Assembly (NCBI GenBank): GCA_020718045.1
Contig: DYDD01000005.1
Coordinates: forward strand, 1-37,353
Length of the DNA: 37,353 nucleotides
Direction: 5' to 3'
Source: Fibrobacter sp.
GTDB taxonomy: Bacteria; Krumholzibacteriota; Krumholzibacteriia; LZORAL124-64-63
Within the stretch, counting starts at the first letter, position 1. Every line of letters begins with the position of its first letter. Below are positions 16,951-24,893 of this stretch, piece after piece. A program made the position numbers and the translations under genes. Below the pieces are notes generated by a model. The model made no database searches. It was not told where the DNA came from and worked only from the letters and a program-made list of their open reading frames with translations.

Positions 16951-18264
16951 CTACGCGCACTTGGCGTCCTTCATGATCGCGAACGACTCGGGGTGACGGA
17001 TGCCGATGTCCATGTCCTGGAAGATGCGCAGCACCAGGCCGCCGTAGTCGGCGTTCGTGATGTCGTCCACCTTGAGGTCCATGCTGCCCCAGAACAGCAG
17101 CAGCAGGTCCGACCAGGCGCCGCTGAAGAACAGCTCGCTGCATACCGCGCCGGAGCCGCCCTTGACCAGGACGTCGGAGCACTGGTTGCTGACGACGACC
17201 TTGTGGCCGTTCAGCATGTTGCCCTCGTTCATGATGAACTGGGCCGTGCCGCTGGCCTTCTCGGTCCGCTTGAAGAAGCCCTGGGCCTTCGCCGAGAAGA
17301 GGTAGCCGGAGTTGCCCACCAGGGCGTTGTCCATGGCAACCTCGGACTCCAGCTGCACGACGTGCGACCAGGACGGGGCCAGGCCGTCGGTGCCGCCCAC
17401 GACCGCGTTGGTCGAGGACGCGGCGTGCAGGCCGGTCGGGTTGGGGGCGACGCCCGAGCCGTTGATGCCCAGGTTGTCGACCTTCAGGCCCATCCCGATC
17501 ATCATGTCGTCGCGGGTCAGGGCGTCGGCCGCCGGCGAGGACTGCAGCAGCATCTTGCGGGTCAGGTCGACGCGCGCGGCCACGGTCTTCGGGGAGCCGG
17601 TCACCTGGCCGAACGCCGGGGTGGACTCGGTCACGCCCGTGGTCTCGTTGTTGATGACGTAGAAGGTGGCGCCGGTGTCCCGCCGCGGGATGTCGATGCT
17701 GCCGACCAGGCCGTCGATCACGCGCGCGCCGAGCGCGGTGAGCGCCGAGACCGGCCGCAGCATCTCGATGAACTCGCCGTCGAGGTGGTCGGTGCCGATC
17801 AGGTAGGCACCGGTCCCGCTCGAGGCGATGTCGCGCCGGCCCACCTGCGCCATGCGCCGAGCCCGGGCGAAGCGGGCCATGACGTCCACGGGCAGGAACG
17901 CGCCCTGCGCCTGGCGGCCCATCTTCACCGCGGCCGCCGCCGAGCACTCGCGCTCGAACGGGGCCAGCGCGGGGTTTTTGTCGGCGAGCGACAGCAGGAG
18001 CCGGTTCACCGAGAACCGGGAGACCTGGTCGTCGGTCATGCCGATCATCGACTCCTTGCGGATCTCCTCCTGGGTCACCTGCCGGGCGGCGCCGATGGCC
18101 TCGAGCACCTGCAGGCGCGCGGCGTCGTAGTCCGCCCCGCTGTCGATGAGCCGGGTGGCGAGGTCGGCCTGGCCGAACTTCTCGCCCAGCTCGCGGATGT
18201 CCTTCTGCCGCTTCTGCTCTTCCTTGCGGATCGCCTCGCGATCCATGGTCGTGGTCTCGGGCAT
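16951..18264 (-). CDS. Major capsid protein expressed from an internal in-frame start (437 aa)
   Basis: ATG at 18264 is preceded by GGGAGGTG with a 6-nt spacer. The product MPETTTMDREAIRKEEQKRQKDIREL... has a delta-domain-like N-terminus. Confidence 0.6.
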   Translation of the reverse strand: MPETTTMDREAIRKEEQKRQKDIRELGEKFGQADLATRLIDSGADYDAARLQVLEAIGAARQVTQEEIRKESMIGMTDDQVSRFSVNRLLLSLADKNPALAPFERECSAAAAVKMGRQAQGAFLPVDVMARFARARRMAQVGRRDIASSGTGAYLIGTDHLDGEFIEMLRPVSALTALGARVIDGLVGSIDIPRRDTGATFYVINNETTGVTESTPAFGQVTGSPKTVAARVDLTRKMLLQSSPAADALTRDDMMIGMGLKVDNLGINGSGVAPNPTGLHAASSTNAVVGGTDGLAPSWSHVVQLESEVAMDNALVGNSGYLFSAKAQGFFKRTEKASGTAQFIMNEGNMLNGHKVVVSNQCSDVLVKGGSGAVCSELFFSGAWSDLLLLFWGSMDLKVDDITNADYGGLVLRIFQDMDIGIRHPESFAIMKDAKCA

Positions 18265-19035
18265 GACGCCCACCTCCCTGTTGACGACGGTAACGGGGGC
18301 CTCGTAGCTGAGGCCGAAGCTGCCGATCTTGCGTTCCGTGCCGACGGAGATGTCGGCCGGAACCGAGACGAACGAGATCTCGAAGGGCTCCCAGTCGGTG
18401 ACCCGGTACTGCAGGCCGCCGCCGGGGAGCTGGGTCTCCTCGACCTCGTAGATGAAGTAGCCGACACTGATGTGCCGCCTGATGTCGTCGACGACGTCCT
18501 GGAAGACCTCGCTGGATCGCACGCTCCTCCCGAAGCGCGCCTTCGCCCGGTGCCGCCGGTCGCCAGTGAGCCCAGGGTCTTCGACGACCCCCACCTGATC
18601 GGTCCAGTTGTGGTCCATGAGGACCGCGGCGCCGGTCAGCATCCGCTCCATGCGAACGCAGCCCGGCGAGTGGTCGAGGATCTCGATGCACCAGCCGCGG
18701 TCGATCGGGTTCTCGGAGCTGAAGGTCAGCTCCACGGTGCGGGCCTCGACGTCGATGCCGCGCTTCGCCATGTCGGCGGCGCGGTAGACGACGTCGCCCT
18801 TGCGGATCTCGAGGACGCGCGCCCCCTGGTGGACGCGAGCCAGCAGGGGCCGCCTCTCGCGCTGCTCCGGCGTCTCGTTGCGCAGCTGCTCAATCATCTC
18901 GGCGGCGCTGCGCATGGCTGGGGCCTGCGGCGCTTCGGGCGCGCGCTCGGCATCGAGCTCCGCGGGCGGCGGCGGCGTTTCGTCGGCGGCCGGAGTGACG
19001 GCCGGCTCTACCACGGTGTCGTTGTTGTCTTTCAC
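16951..19035 (-). CDS. HK97-family prohead protease fused in frame to an HK97-type major capsid protein
   Basis: GTG at 19035 follows AAGGAG with a 5-nt spacer. Protease motifs: TFSSENPIDRGW, LMDHNWTDQVGVV, HISVGY, EISFVSVPAD. A coiled-coil delta-like segment and capsid motifs (SSGTGAYLIGTD etc.) follow, with no stop codon in between. Confidence 0.8.
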   Translation of the reverse strand: MKDNNDTVVEPAVTPAADETPPPPAELDAERAPEAPQAPAMRSAAEMIEQLRNETPEQRERRPLLARVHQGARVLEIRKGDVVYRAADMAKRGIDVEARTVELTFSSENPIDRGWCIEILDHSPGCVRMERMLTGAAVLMDHNWTDQVGVVEDPGLTGDRRHRAKARFGRSVRSSEVFQDVVDDIRRHISVGYFIYEVEETQLPGGGLQYRVTDWEPFEISFVSVPADISVGTERKIGSFGLSYEAPVTVVNREVGVMPETTTMDREAIRKEEQKRQKDIRELGEKFGQADLATRLIDSGADYDAARLQVLEAIGAARQVTQEEIRKESMIGMTDDQVSRFSVNRLLLSLADKNPALAPFERECSAAAAVKMGRQAQGAFLPVDVMARFARARRMAQVGRRDIASSGTGAYLIGTDHLDGEFIEMLRPVSALTALGARVIDGLVGSIDIPRRDTGATFYVINNETTGVTESTPAFGQVTGSPKTVAARVDLTRKMLLQSSPAADALTRDDMMIGMGLKVDNLGINGSGVAPNPTGLHAASSTNAVVGGTDGLAPSWSHVVQLESEVAMDNALVGNSGYLFSAKAQGFFKRTEKASGTAQFIMNEGNMLNGHKVVVSNQCSDVLVKGGSGAVCSELFFSGAWSDLLLLFWGSMDLKVDDITNADYGGLVLRIFQDMDIGIRHPESFAIMKDAKCA

Positions 19036-19037
19036 GG

Positions 19038-20717
19038 CTACTCCTTCAGCGACGCGGCCACGAGCTGCTCGTTCAGCTTCGGCGGCAGCGGTATCCCTGC
19101 GTCCTTCATGAGCTGGATCTCGCGCTGGCGCTCGCGCACGACGTCCTCGAAGTCCCGGCCGCGGCGGCGGCAGACTTCGGTGAGCGACGCCATCCCGTTC
19201 TCCACGGCCAGGGCGTCGGCTTGGACTTCTTTCATGGGATCGACCCAGCCCCAGCGGTTGGGCTGCCAGGTCACGGAGCGGTACTTCTCGGCCTTGCGGA
19301 AGTCGAGCCGGCCGCCGGGGGTCACGAGGTTCCCGTTCAGCAGCTGCACGTCGAGCCAGGTGTTGAACACCCGCTGCAGGAAACACTCGATCATCCAGGT
19401 CTGGACCGACTCGAAGACAGCGCGGCCCTCAAGCAGGCCGACCCTGATCGACGAGTAGTTGACGCCCTCGAGGTCATTGGAGAGCGAGACGTAGGGCACG
19501 TCCGAGCCCGAGCTGAGCCCCTGCAGAACGCGCTTCACGTAGGGCGCGTACTCGCCGTTCGGGTACTGCGGCTCCCACTTCTCCAGCTTCACACCCTTGG
19601 GCAGTTCGCCGAAGCTGCCGATGTCCGCATCCACGATCCGGTCGCGCGGGCGGTCGGGCTCGTCCTCGTCGATGACCCCCTGGTCCTCGCCCTCGTAGGC
19701 CGCCCCCTCCTCGCTCTCGGTGAACCAGGCGAGCTTCGAGGCACCCATGCGGAAGTTGACCAGGGCTGCGTCCTCGGCGCCCTCGAGGGTCGCCAGGCGC
19801 AGCAGACCGGTGCTGAGCCAGGGCAGGCCGCGGCTCTGCATCGTGCGCAGCATGTCGAAGTCGTGAATGACCATCTCGGCCGGGTAGCGGTTGTAGAGCC
19901 GCCCGCCGTAGCCGTAGGTCAGCATCCCCTGGCGCTCGTCGGGCACGATCAGCCAGTAGGCGACGGGGCGACCGACGTGGTTGTATTCGATCCCCATCCG
20001 CACCCAGTTGCCGTTCTCGAGCTGACGGTTGTGCTCGACGTCCAGCAGCTGCGAGTCCATCACCTGCAGGGCGTAGCCCCACTTGTTGCCCGCCGACTTG
20101 CCGATGTGCTCGATGATCAGGGCTTCGCCGTCGACCGCGGCCGATCGCAGGAACATGTTCTGGATGCCCCAGAACGAGAGCCGGCCGGTCGTGTCGGCCT
20201 GGCCCTTCCCGCCCCAGGTCCGCCAGGCTTGCTCGATGGCCGCACAGGCCTCGGTGTCCGGCTTCTCCCCGTCCATGCACTGGGCCTTCAGCACGAATCC
20301 GTTCGGGCCCACGACGTTGCGCTGGTAGATCGAGATGGCCTTTTTCGCGTAGTCGCCGTTGGCAACCTCGAACCGCGAGCGCGCGACCAGGGACTTCAGG
20401 TTGCGGCGCACCACCTGGTCGGCGGTCGCCGGTATCGTTGGCATCCCGATGGTCAGCCGGTTGGTCGCGGCCGCGTTGTAGAAGCGCGTCCCGATCACGC
20501 CGTTGGCGTGCGTCGTTCCGGTGCCGACACGGCGCGACGGCGCCGTGACCTGCGACCGCTGGTTACGGATGCGCACCTGCTGCGCTGCCCCGCCGCCGAT
20601 CCTGACCACAGCCGTGCCCACCACGTCTGACGTATTAAGGCCTCTTTCGCCTGATATCGTCATACTCTCCGGGCCGGCGGCGGCAGCAGACCGGTTCCTG
20701 CGACCGAACAGGTCCAT
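19038..20717 (-). CDS. Portal protein, lambda gpB family
   Basis: 559 aa. The C-terminal motif RWGWVDPMKEVQADALAVENGMASLTEVCRRRGRDFEDV is characteristic of lambda-family portals. GGGAGGA RBS and a TGATG overlap at 20717. Confidence 0.85.
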   Translation of the reverse strand: MDLFGRRNRSAAAAGPESMTISGERGLNTSDVVGTAVVRIGGGAAQQVRIRNQRSQVTAPSRRVGTGTTHANGVIGTRFYNAAATNRLTIGMPTIPATADQVVRRNLKSLVARSRFEVANGDYAKKAISIYQRNVVGPNGFVLKAQCMDGEKPDTEACAAIEQAWRTWGGKGQADTTGRLSFWGIQNMFLRSAAVDGEALIIEHIGKSAGNKWGYALQVMDSQLLDVEHNRQLENGNWVRMGIEYNHVGRPVAYWLIVPDERQGMLTYGYGGRLYNRYPAEMVIHDFDMLRTMQSRGLPWLSTGLLRLATLEGAEDAALVNFRMGASKLAWFTESEEGAAYEGEDQGVIDEDEPDRPRDRIVDADIGSFGELPKGVKLEKWEPQYPNGEYAPYVKRVLQGLSSGSDVPYVSLSNDLEGVNYSSIRVGLLEGRAVFESVQTWMIECFLQRVFNTWLDVQLLNGNLVTPGGRLDFRKAEKYRSVTWQPNRWGWVDPMKEVQADALAVENGMASLTEVCRRRGRDFEDVVRERQREIQLMKDAGIPLPPKLNEQLVAASLKE

Positions 20718-21289
20718 CAGGTCCTCCCGATACGCGCGAGGATCTTGCGGCCGCCGTACTTGGCGGCGCTGGCGAGGCGGCGCTCGCGGGCGAGCTCGGC
20801 CCGGTAGAACTTCAGGGCATTGATCAGCTGCTCGTGGCTGAGGAGCTTCACGGACCGTCCGCCCTGGGGCGTGTTGACGGTGTACTCGAGATCGTCGTGG
20901 GTGGCCCGCTTCTCCATGACCGCCTCGAGGGCGGCCACGGCCTTCTCGTTGTGGGTGCGGGCGTCCACCCCGACCGAGGCGCCGGCGGCGGCGTAGTCGG
21001 CCACAACCTGGATCTGGCCGGTGGCGACCGTGTGGCGGACCGACTCGCCGGTCACCTGCAGCTGCCAGGTCCACATGCCGGCGACGAACGTGGCCGACGT
21101 GGCAGCGGAGATCGTGACCAGGTGGGAGCCGTCGGCCTGGGCCGCGGCGGTGACGGAAATGCGGGAGCCAACAATGGCGAAATGGTAGGCCAGCGACCAG
21201 GTCGGCGCCGGGTAATCATCCAGGGTGATCTGCCACGTAACCGTGTCGCCCTTGATGAACGACTTGGGTTCCGTGATGAGAGTGGCCAA
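20717..21289 (-). CDS. gpW-like head-tail joining protein with an N-terminal beta-rich extension of about 110 aa
   Basis: Sits between terL and the portal, as lambda W does. The C-terminal GGRSVKLLSHEQLINALKFYRAELARER resembles the gpW family. The only available start is the TTG at 21289, immediately after the terL TAA. Confidence 0.5.
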   Translation of the reverse strand: MATLITEPKSFIKGDTVTWQITLDDYPAPTWSLAYHFAIVGSRISVTAAAQADGSHLVTISAATSATFVAGMWTWQLQVTGESVRHTVATGQIQVVADYAAAGASVGVDARTHNEKAVAALEAVMEKRATHDDLEYTVNTPQGGRSVKLLSHEQLINALKFYRAELARERRLASAAKYGGRKILARIGRT

Positions 21290-23215
21290 TTATCGCCGTC
21301 CTTTGCGATACTTGTTCACGAAGTTCTCGCGGGCCGCCAGTCTCTCCCGCCTCGGCTTCTTGGGCGGGCGCTCCACCTGGTCATCCTTGGCCGCGGCGAG
21401 CTGCTCCTGAATCTCCCGGCGGCGCTTCCTCAGAGCCGACCAGACAGGGTTCAACAGCTGCAGCGCCGCGTAGCTGTAAACCCTGGCGTCTAGCGATTCA
21501 TTGCGTCCTCCCGGTCTGACCACGCGCCACTCGTAGGTGAGGCGTCCTTTCGAGTACCTGGGCAGCCGCTTCTCCGCGCAGAGCATCTGAAAGTATTCGA
21601 CCCCGTAGGCGTCGCTCTGTGGGAAGTGGCAGTATCCCGGGCCCTCTTCCAGTAGTCTTAATCTGGAATAGATAAGCCCCTTGATGGCGTCAACTCCCAA
21701 AGTGAAAAGCTTTGCGGTTTCGGCATTGCGACCCGTTTTTCGTTGTTTGCCGGCTTCGACGATAGGGTGCCCGGAGCCAGCCATACCCTTGATCGCGAAG
21801 ATATTTCGGGCTGCGCGGCGCGCCGTATAGGCGTAGACCTGCTGCGTCGAGTAGCCGGAGTCGACACAGGCCGCCGAAATCGGCATCAAGTCCCCGTGCT
21901 CGTGCCTGTATTTCTGCATCAACAGGACGTCGTCCAGCGCCTGCCAGGCCTCGATCTCCAGGGGGTTGCACTGGATCACCCGGTAGTCGATGCCCCAGCT
22001 CTCCTCCCCGATCCCGTAGCCCACCACCTCGAGCTCGAAGCGGTCCTTGTGGACGTCGACGCCCGCGGTCAGAACCAGGCACTTCGCGGGGACCTCCGCC
22101 GGATACTTCTCCGTCCTGCGGATCAGCAGCTCGGAGTCGGCGCCGTCCCCGCCCTCCTCGAAGGTCTCGGCCAGGACCGTGTTCACCCAGGTTTTGCGGG
22201 TTTCACGCCCCTTGCGCTTGGCGTCCAGGTGGTCTTCGACCGCATCTTTCCAGCTGTACCAGCCGATCGGAGAATAGAGGCCGGACAGATGGTAGCCTTC
22301 GACTAGGGGTCTCTTCGCCTCAGCCGTAGCGATCCAGTCCCCATGATCGAGCATCCAGGTCTTGCGGTGCTCGGCGATCTGCTCCTCACAGGTCACGCAC
22401 ACCAGGTGCACGCTGGATGGGTCGCCCTGGTCCCACCTGATGTTCTCCCAGCGGATGACCTGCAGCTCCCCACAGCGCGGGCATGGCACGTGGAAATACT
22501 TCTGGTTGGTCTCCAAGAACACGGTCTCGATAGGCGACGCCCCGCGGATCGTTGGCGTCGAGGTCCCGAAAATCTTGTAGGTCTGTTTAAAGGTGCGGGT
22601 GCGGACGCGGGCCAGGTCGATCGCCGGCCCCTGGCCCCCGATGTCCGGCGGCATCTCGTCGAGCTCGTCCAGGTAGACGTTCTTTTCGCTCGAGGATTTC
22701 AGGCCTGAGGCGCTGTTGGCCCCGATCATCCGCAGGTAGCCGCCGACGAAATCTTTGAATAGCAGGGTATTGCCGCCGTCCCGTGAGCGCGCCACCGCCA
22801 CCTTCTCGAGCAGCGTCGGCGTCGACTCGATCATCGGCTGGATGCGCTGGCGGTTCCACCCGGCCGCGCTGTCCAGCGTCGGGCGCACCGCCAGGCACGG
22901 GCCGCCGGCGGTGTCCATCAGCCGCCCGATCCAGTTCTCCGCGATCGTGGTCTTGCCCACCTGGCCGCCGGCGATCAGCCACACCTCGTGCGTCGGATCG
23001 TCCGGGTTCAGCTTCTCCATGATCTCGCGGACGTAGGGCGTGCGCGAGACCCGGAACGGACCGCCTTCGGCCGCGGTCTTGCCGGGCAGGATGCGGTGCT
23101 TCTCGGCCCACTCGACGTTGGAGATTCTGGGATCGGGCCGCAGTCCGTCGCGCCAGGCGCGGCGCACCACTTCGGCACCGTCGGCCAGCTCGAGGATCGG
23201 GGCGGTGCTATTCAC
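21290..23215 (-). CDS. Terminase large subunit, lambda gpA family
   Basis: 641 aa. Contains FRVSRTPYVREIMEKL, Walker A IAGGQVGKTT and a Cys4 motif (CPRCGEL...CVTCEE). GTG start overlaps the terS 3' end by 8 nt. Confidence 0.9.
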   Translation of the reverse strand: MNSTAPILELADGAEVVRRAWRDGLRPDPRISNVEWAEKHRILPGKTAAEGGPFRVSRTPYVREIMEKLNPDDPTHEVWLIAGGQVGKTTIAENWIGRLMDTAGGPCLAVRPTLDSAAGWNRQRIQPMIESTPTLLEKVAVARSRDGGNTLLFKDFVGGYLRMIGANSASGLKSSSEKNVYLDELDEMPPDIGGQGPAIDLARVRTRTFKQTYKIFGTSTPTIRGASPIETVFLETNQKYFHVPCPRCGELQVIRWENIRWDQGDPSSVHLVCVTCEEQIAEHRKTWMLDHGDWIATAEAKRPLVEGYHLSGLYSPIGWYSWKDAVEDHLDAKRKGRETRKTWVNTVLAETFEEGGDGADSELLIRRTEKYPAEVPAKCLVLTAGVDVHKDRFELEVVGYGIGEESWGIDYRVIQCNPLEIEAWQALDDVLLMQKYRHEHGDLMPISAACVDSGYSTQQVYAYTARRAARNIFAIKGMAGSGHPIVEAGKQRKTGRNAETAKLFTLGVDAIKGLIYSRLRLLEEGPGYCHFPQSDAYGVEYFQMLCAEKRLPRYSKGRLTYEWRVVRPGGRNESLDARVYSYAALQLLNPVWSALRKRRREIQEQLAAAKDDQVERPPKKPRRERLAARENFVNKYRKGRR

Positions 23216-23792
23216 CGGCGACCCCGTCGAGGGCCCTGATCAGGTCCTCGGTCAGGATGCGGCGGACCTCGGCGGGGTCTGTTTCGGCTGCCAGCGTGGC
23301 GTCGAGGCGCGACGGCACCGCCAGCACGTTGTTGCGGGTGTCTCGAGCCAGCCTGAATTGCTCGCGGCCGACGGCTCCGCGCGCGACCAGGTTGCCGGCT
23401 GCCTCCTCGTACTCGAGCCGGGCGATGCGCGCGTTGTAGTCCTCGCGGATCGCCCGTGAGCGGGCATAGTCCGGCGTCGGCTCCAGGGCCTCGTCGGCAT
23501 CGTTGTTTGTGGGCGCGCGCGGAGGGCGACGTCGCGACGCGGGCGGTGGCGCCAGATCAGATTTCAGCGCTGCTCTTGGCGCAGGTGCGTTATGGTCTCT
23601 GTGTAGGCGCGGGGCGCTATTAGCCGCCCACTCTCCGTCGGCGACCTCCGGGTCGATCTTCTTCTTTTCGGTGCGTGAGATGCGGCCAGCAGCCAGGGCC
23701 TTCTGCACTGAGTGCTTCGACCCTCCAGGAAGCCCGCGTGCCAGGCGGTGGGCCGCGTACTCGCGAATGCTCATCTCCACCGGGACTACCAC
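23208..23792 (-). CDS. Terminase small subunit (N-terminal HTH)
   Basis: Directly upstream of terL. The N-terminal part is DNA-binding-like (SIREYAAHRLARGLPGGSKHSVQKALAAGRI). The C-terminal YARSRAIREDYNARIARLEYEEAAGNLV matches the small-terminase pattern. Start is either GTG 23792 or ATG 23774. Confidence 0.7.
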   Translation of the reverse strand: MVVPVEMSIREYAAHRLARGLPGGSKHSVQKALAAGRISRTEKKKIDPEVADGEWAANSAPRLHRDHNAPAPRAALKSDLAPPPASRRRPPRAPTNNDADEALEPTPDYARSRAIREDYNARIARLEYEEAAGNLVARGAVGREQFRLARDTRNNVLAVPSRLDATLAAETDPAEVRRILTEDLIRALDGVAGE

Positions 23793-23870
23793 CCTCAGTT
23801 TGTTGACGCGAAACTATTTAGTCCGCATCAACATTGCTCCAAATCGGCACTCTAATTCACCTTATGCGCT

Positions 23871-23903
23871 GTACACCCAAAACGTACACCATTGATGTAC
23901 AAC
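23871..23903. repeat. Three direct GTACA(C/A)C repeats with exact 13-bp spacing (candidate terS/cosB sites or late-activator sites)
   Basis: GTACACC at 23871, GTACACC at 23884 and GTACAAC at 23897, in the AT-richer gap upstream of terS. Confidence 0.6.
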
Positions 23904-23925
23904 CACTTAGCACCCGTCAGCCTAG

Positions 23926-23952
23926 CAAAAATGCGGGCTTGCGCGCACCCGC
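23926..23952 (-). terminator. Candidate intrinsic terminator ending the early operon
   Basis: Minus strand GCGGGT-GCGCGCAA-GCCCGC followed by ATTTTTG: five GC pairs plus a G-U pair, an 8-nt loop and a 5-U tract. It lies 70 nt after the last early gene. Confidence 0.5.
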
Positions 23953-23980
23953 ACCTGACCGGCCCCCGGAAGGACCCGCG

Positions 23981-24003
23981 AACTTGTTGTAATACAACGA
24001 GTT
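23981..24003. repeat. Imperfect palindrome AACTTGTTGTAATACAACGAGTT
   Basis: 10-bp arms with one mismatch around a 3-nt centre, 18 nt downstream of the stop at 24021. Confidence 0.6.
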
Positions 24004-24020
24004 GCGCGTGTCAGTCTCGC

Positions 24021-24233
24021 CTAGATACACGGCTTCGCAACCGCCTTGATGATGGCCGCGGCGTCCGTAACGATGCGCGGCCTAACGACTTGCGACAGAC
24101 TGTCGATGAGATCGGCAGCCTCGCGGTTCATCGCCACCGCTTCTACTTTATCCCCAAGGACTTCCGCCGCTTCCTCCGCATCGGCCCGCAGCCATGCGGC
24201 GACGACCTCGGCCCGGCTCCTCGTCTCGTTCAC
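24021..24233 (-). CDS. Hypothetical small acidic protein (70 aa), last gene of the early operon
   Basis: GTG at 24233 lies in a GTGA overlap with the preceding small ORF. Confidence 0.55.
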   Translation of the reverse strand: MNETRSRAEVVAAWLRADAEEAAEVLGDKVEAVAMNREAADLIDSLSQVVRPRIVTDAAAIIKAVAKPCI

Positions 24234-24373
24234 TGGCCTACCTCCGTGATCAGGCGCCCGTCGTGGTCTCGGATCTCGAAGTCAAACGGGTCGGGGTAGA
24301 AGCCCGACGTCAGCCGCAGCGTCGCCACTCCCCGCTCGAATGTGCGCGTGAGCGTCAGCCCGTCGACCTTCAG
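24230..24373 (-). CDS. Small ORF (47 codons) without a canonical start; CTG overlapping the upstream stop (CTGA)
   Basis: About 89 percent GC3 over 47 codons. The 3' end makes a GTGA overlap with the next gene. The open frame has no in-frame ATG or TTG, and its only GTG lies 15 codons inside the ORF. Product: LKVDGLTLTRTFERGVATLRLTSGFYPDPFDFEIRDHDGRLITEVGQ. Confidence 0.45.
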   Translation of the reverse strand: MKVDGLTLTRTFERGVATLRLTSGFYPDPFDFEIRDHDGRLITEVGQ

Positions 24374-24522
24374 CGGTAGACGGAGTCGGTCCAGGCGTGG
24401 GCATCGCCCCAGCGCATGGTGGCGTTAGGGAAGGCGTGGGGCTGCTTCTGGTCGGCGACCTGCTTGCAGCCGGCCAGGGCCAGCAGCGCGGCGATCACCA
24501 GGGCGGCGCGGGTCGTTCTCAC
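24370..24522 (-). CDS. Mini-lipoprotein (50-aa precursor, about 32-aa mature)
   Basis: VRTTRAALVIAALLALAGC is a signal peptide with an L-A-G-C lipobox. GTG at 24522 lies in a GTGA overlap and is preceded by GGAGGAG. Confidence 0.6.
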   Translation of the reverse strand: MRTTRAALVIAALLALAGCKQVADQKQPHAFPNATMRWGDAHAWTDSVYR

Positions 24523-24893
24523 TGGCCCCTCCTCCATTGTTTGCCGTCGGATGTGTACTGACCGGGATCGGCGCGCCCGGTCTGCAGGATCACCTGGAGC
24601 GCGTACAGTGTTTCCTCGTGCACGCGCCGGCACCGCATGACCGTCGAGTCCGGATACATCAGCTGCTGTCCGCTGTTGCCGTCCTGGTCGCGCACGGTCC
24701 TCAGCTCGCGCGTCCCGTCGAGCCCGAGCACGCGCGCGACGATCGACAGCGTGGGCTCACTGCCGTAGGGGTGGCGGGGGTTGATGCAGGGCGCGCCGGC
24801 GCCGGGGCTGGAATCCCACTCCACGTTGGCGCGGGCGAGCAGGGCCAGGTGGTGCTGCTCGAGGCGGAAGTGGGTATAGGCGAGCGGGCTCAC
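24519..24893 (-). CDS. Hypothetical protein (124 aa)
   Basis: GTG at 24893 lies in a GTGA overlap. The ORF-track N-terminal extension is Arg/Pro/Gly junk. Confidence 0.55.
   Translation of the reverse strand: MSPLAYTHFRLEQHHLALLARANVEWDSSPGAGAPCINPRHPYGSEPTLSIVARVLGLDGTRELRTVRDQDGNSGQQLMYPDSTVMRCRRVHEETLYALQVILQTGRADPGQYTSDGKQWRRGQ

Noticed and set aside
16943-19458. 821-aa plus-strand ORF (16993-19458) and 582-aa alternative minus frame (16943-18691) over the protease/capsid gene
   Set aside because: Both translate to Arg/Gly/Asp/His-rich junk. The 16951-19035 frame contains clear HK97 protease and capsid motifs.
20718-21074. N-terminal extensions of tracked ORFs (portal to 21074, ParB-like to 27498, chaperone to 15449, L-like to 11433, Z-like to 16376, XRE to 36089)
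   Set aside because: The extensions overlap well-supported upstream genes and are Arg/Pro/Gly-rich. Each trimmed start has an SD and/or a 1-4 nt stop-start overlap.
21660-21720. Local low-GC patch (about 45 percent in one 60-nt line) in the 3' part of terL, considered as a mosaic breakpoint
   Set aside because: It is too short, and flanking lines return to about 62 percent. It encodes a conserved part of gpA-type terminases. Not distinguishable from local codon noise without a computed profile.
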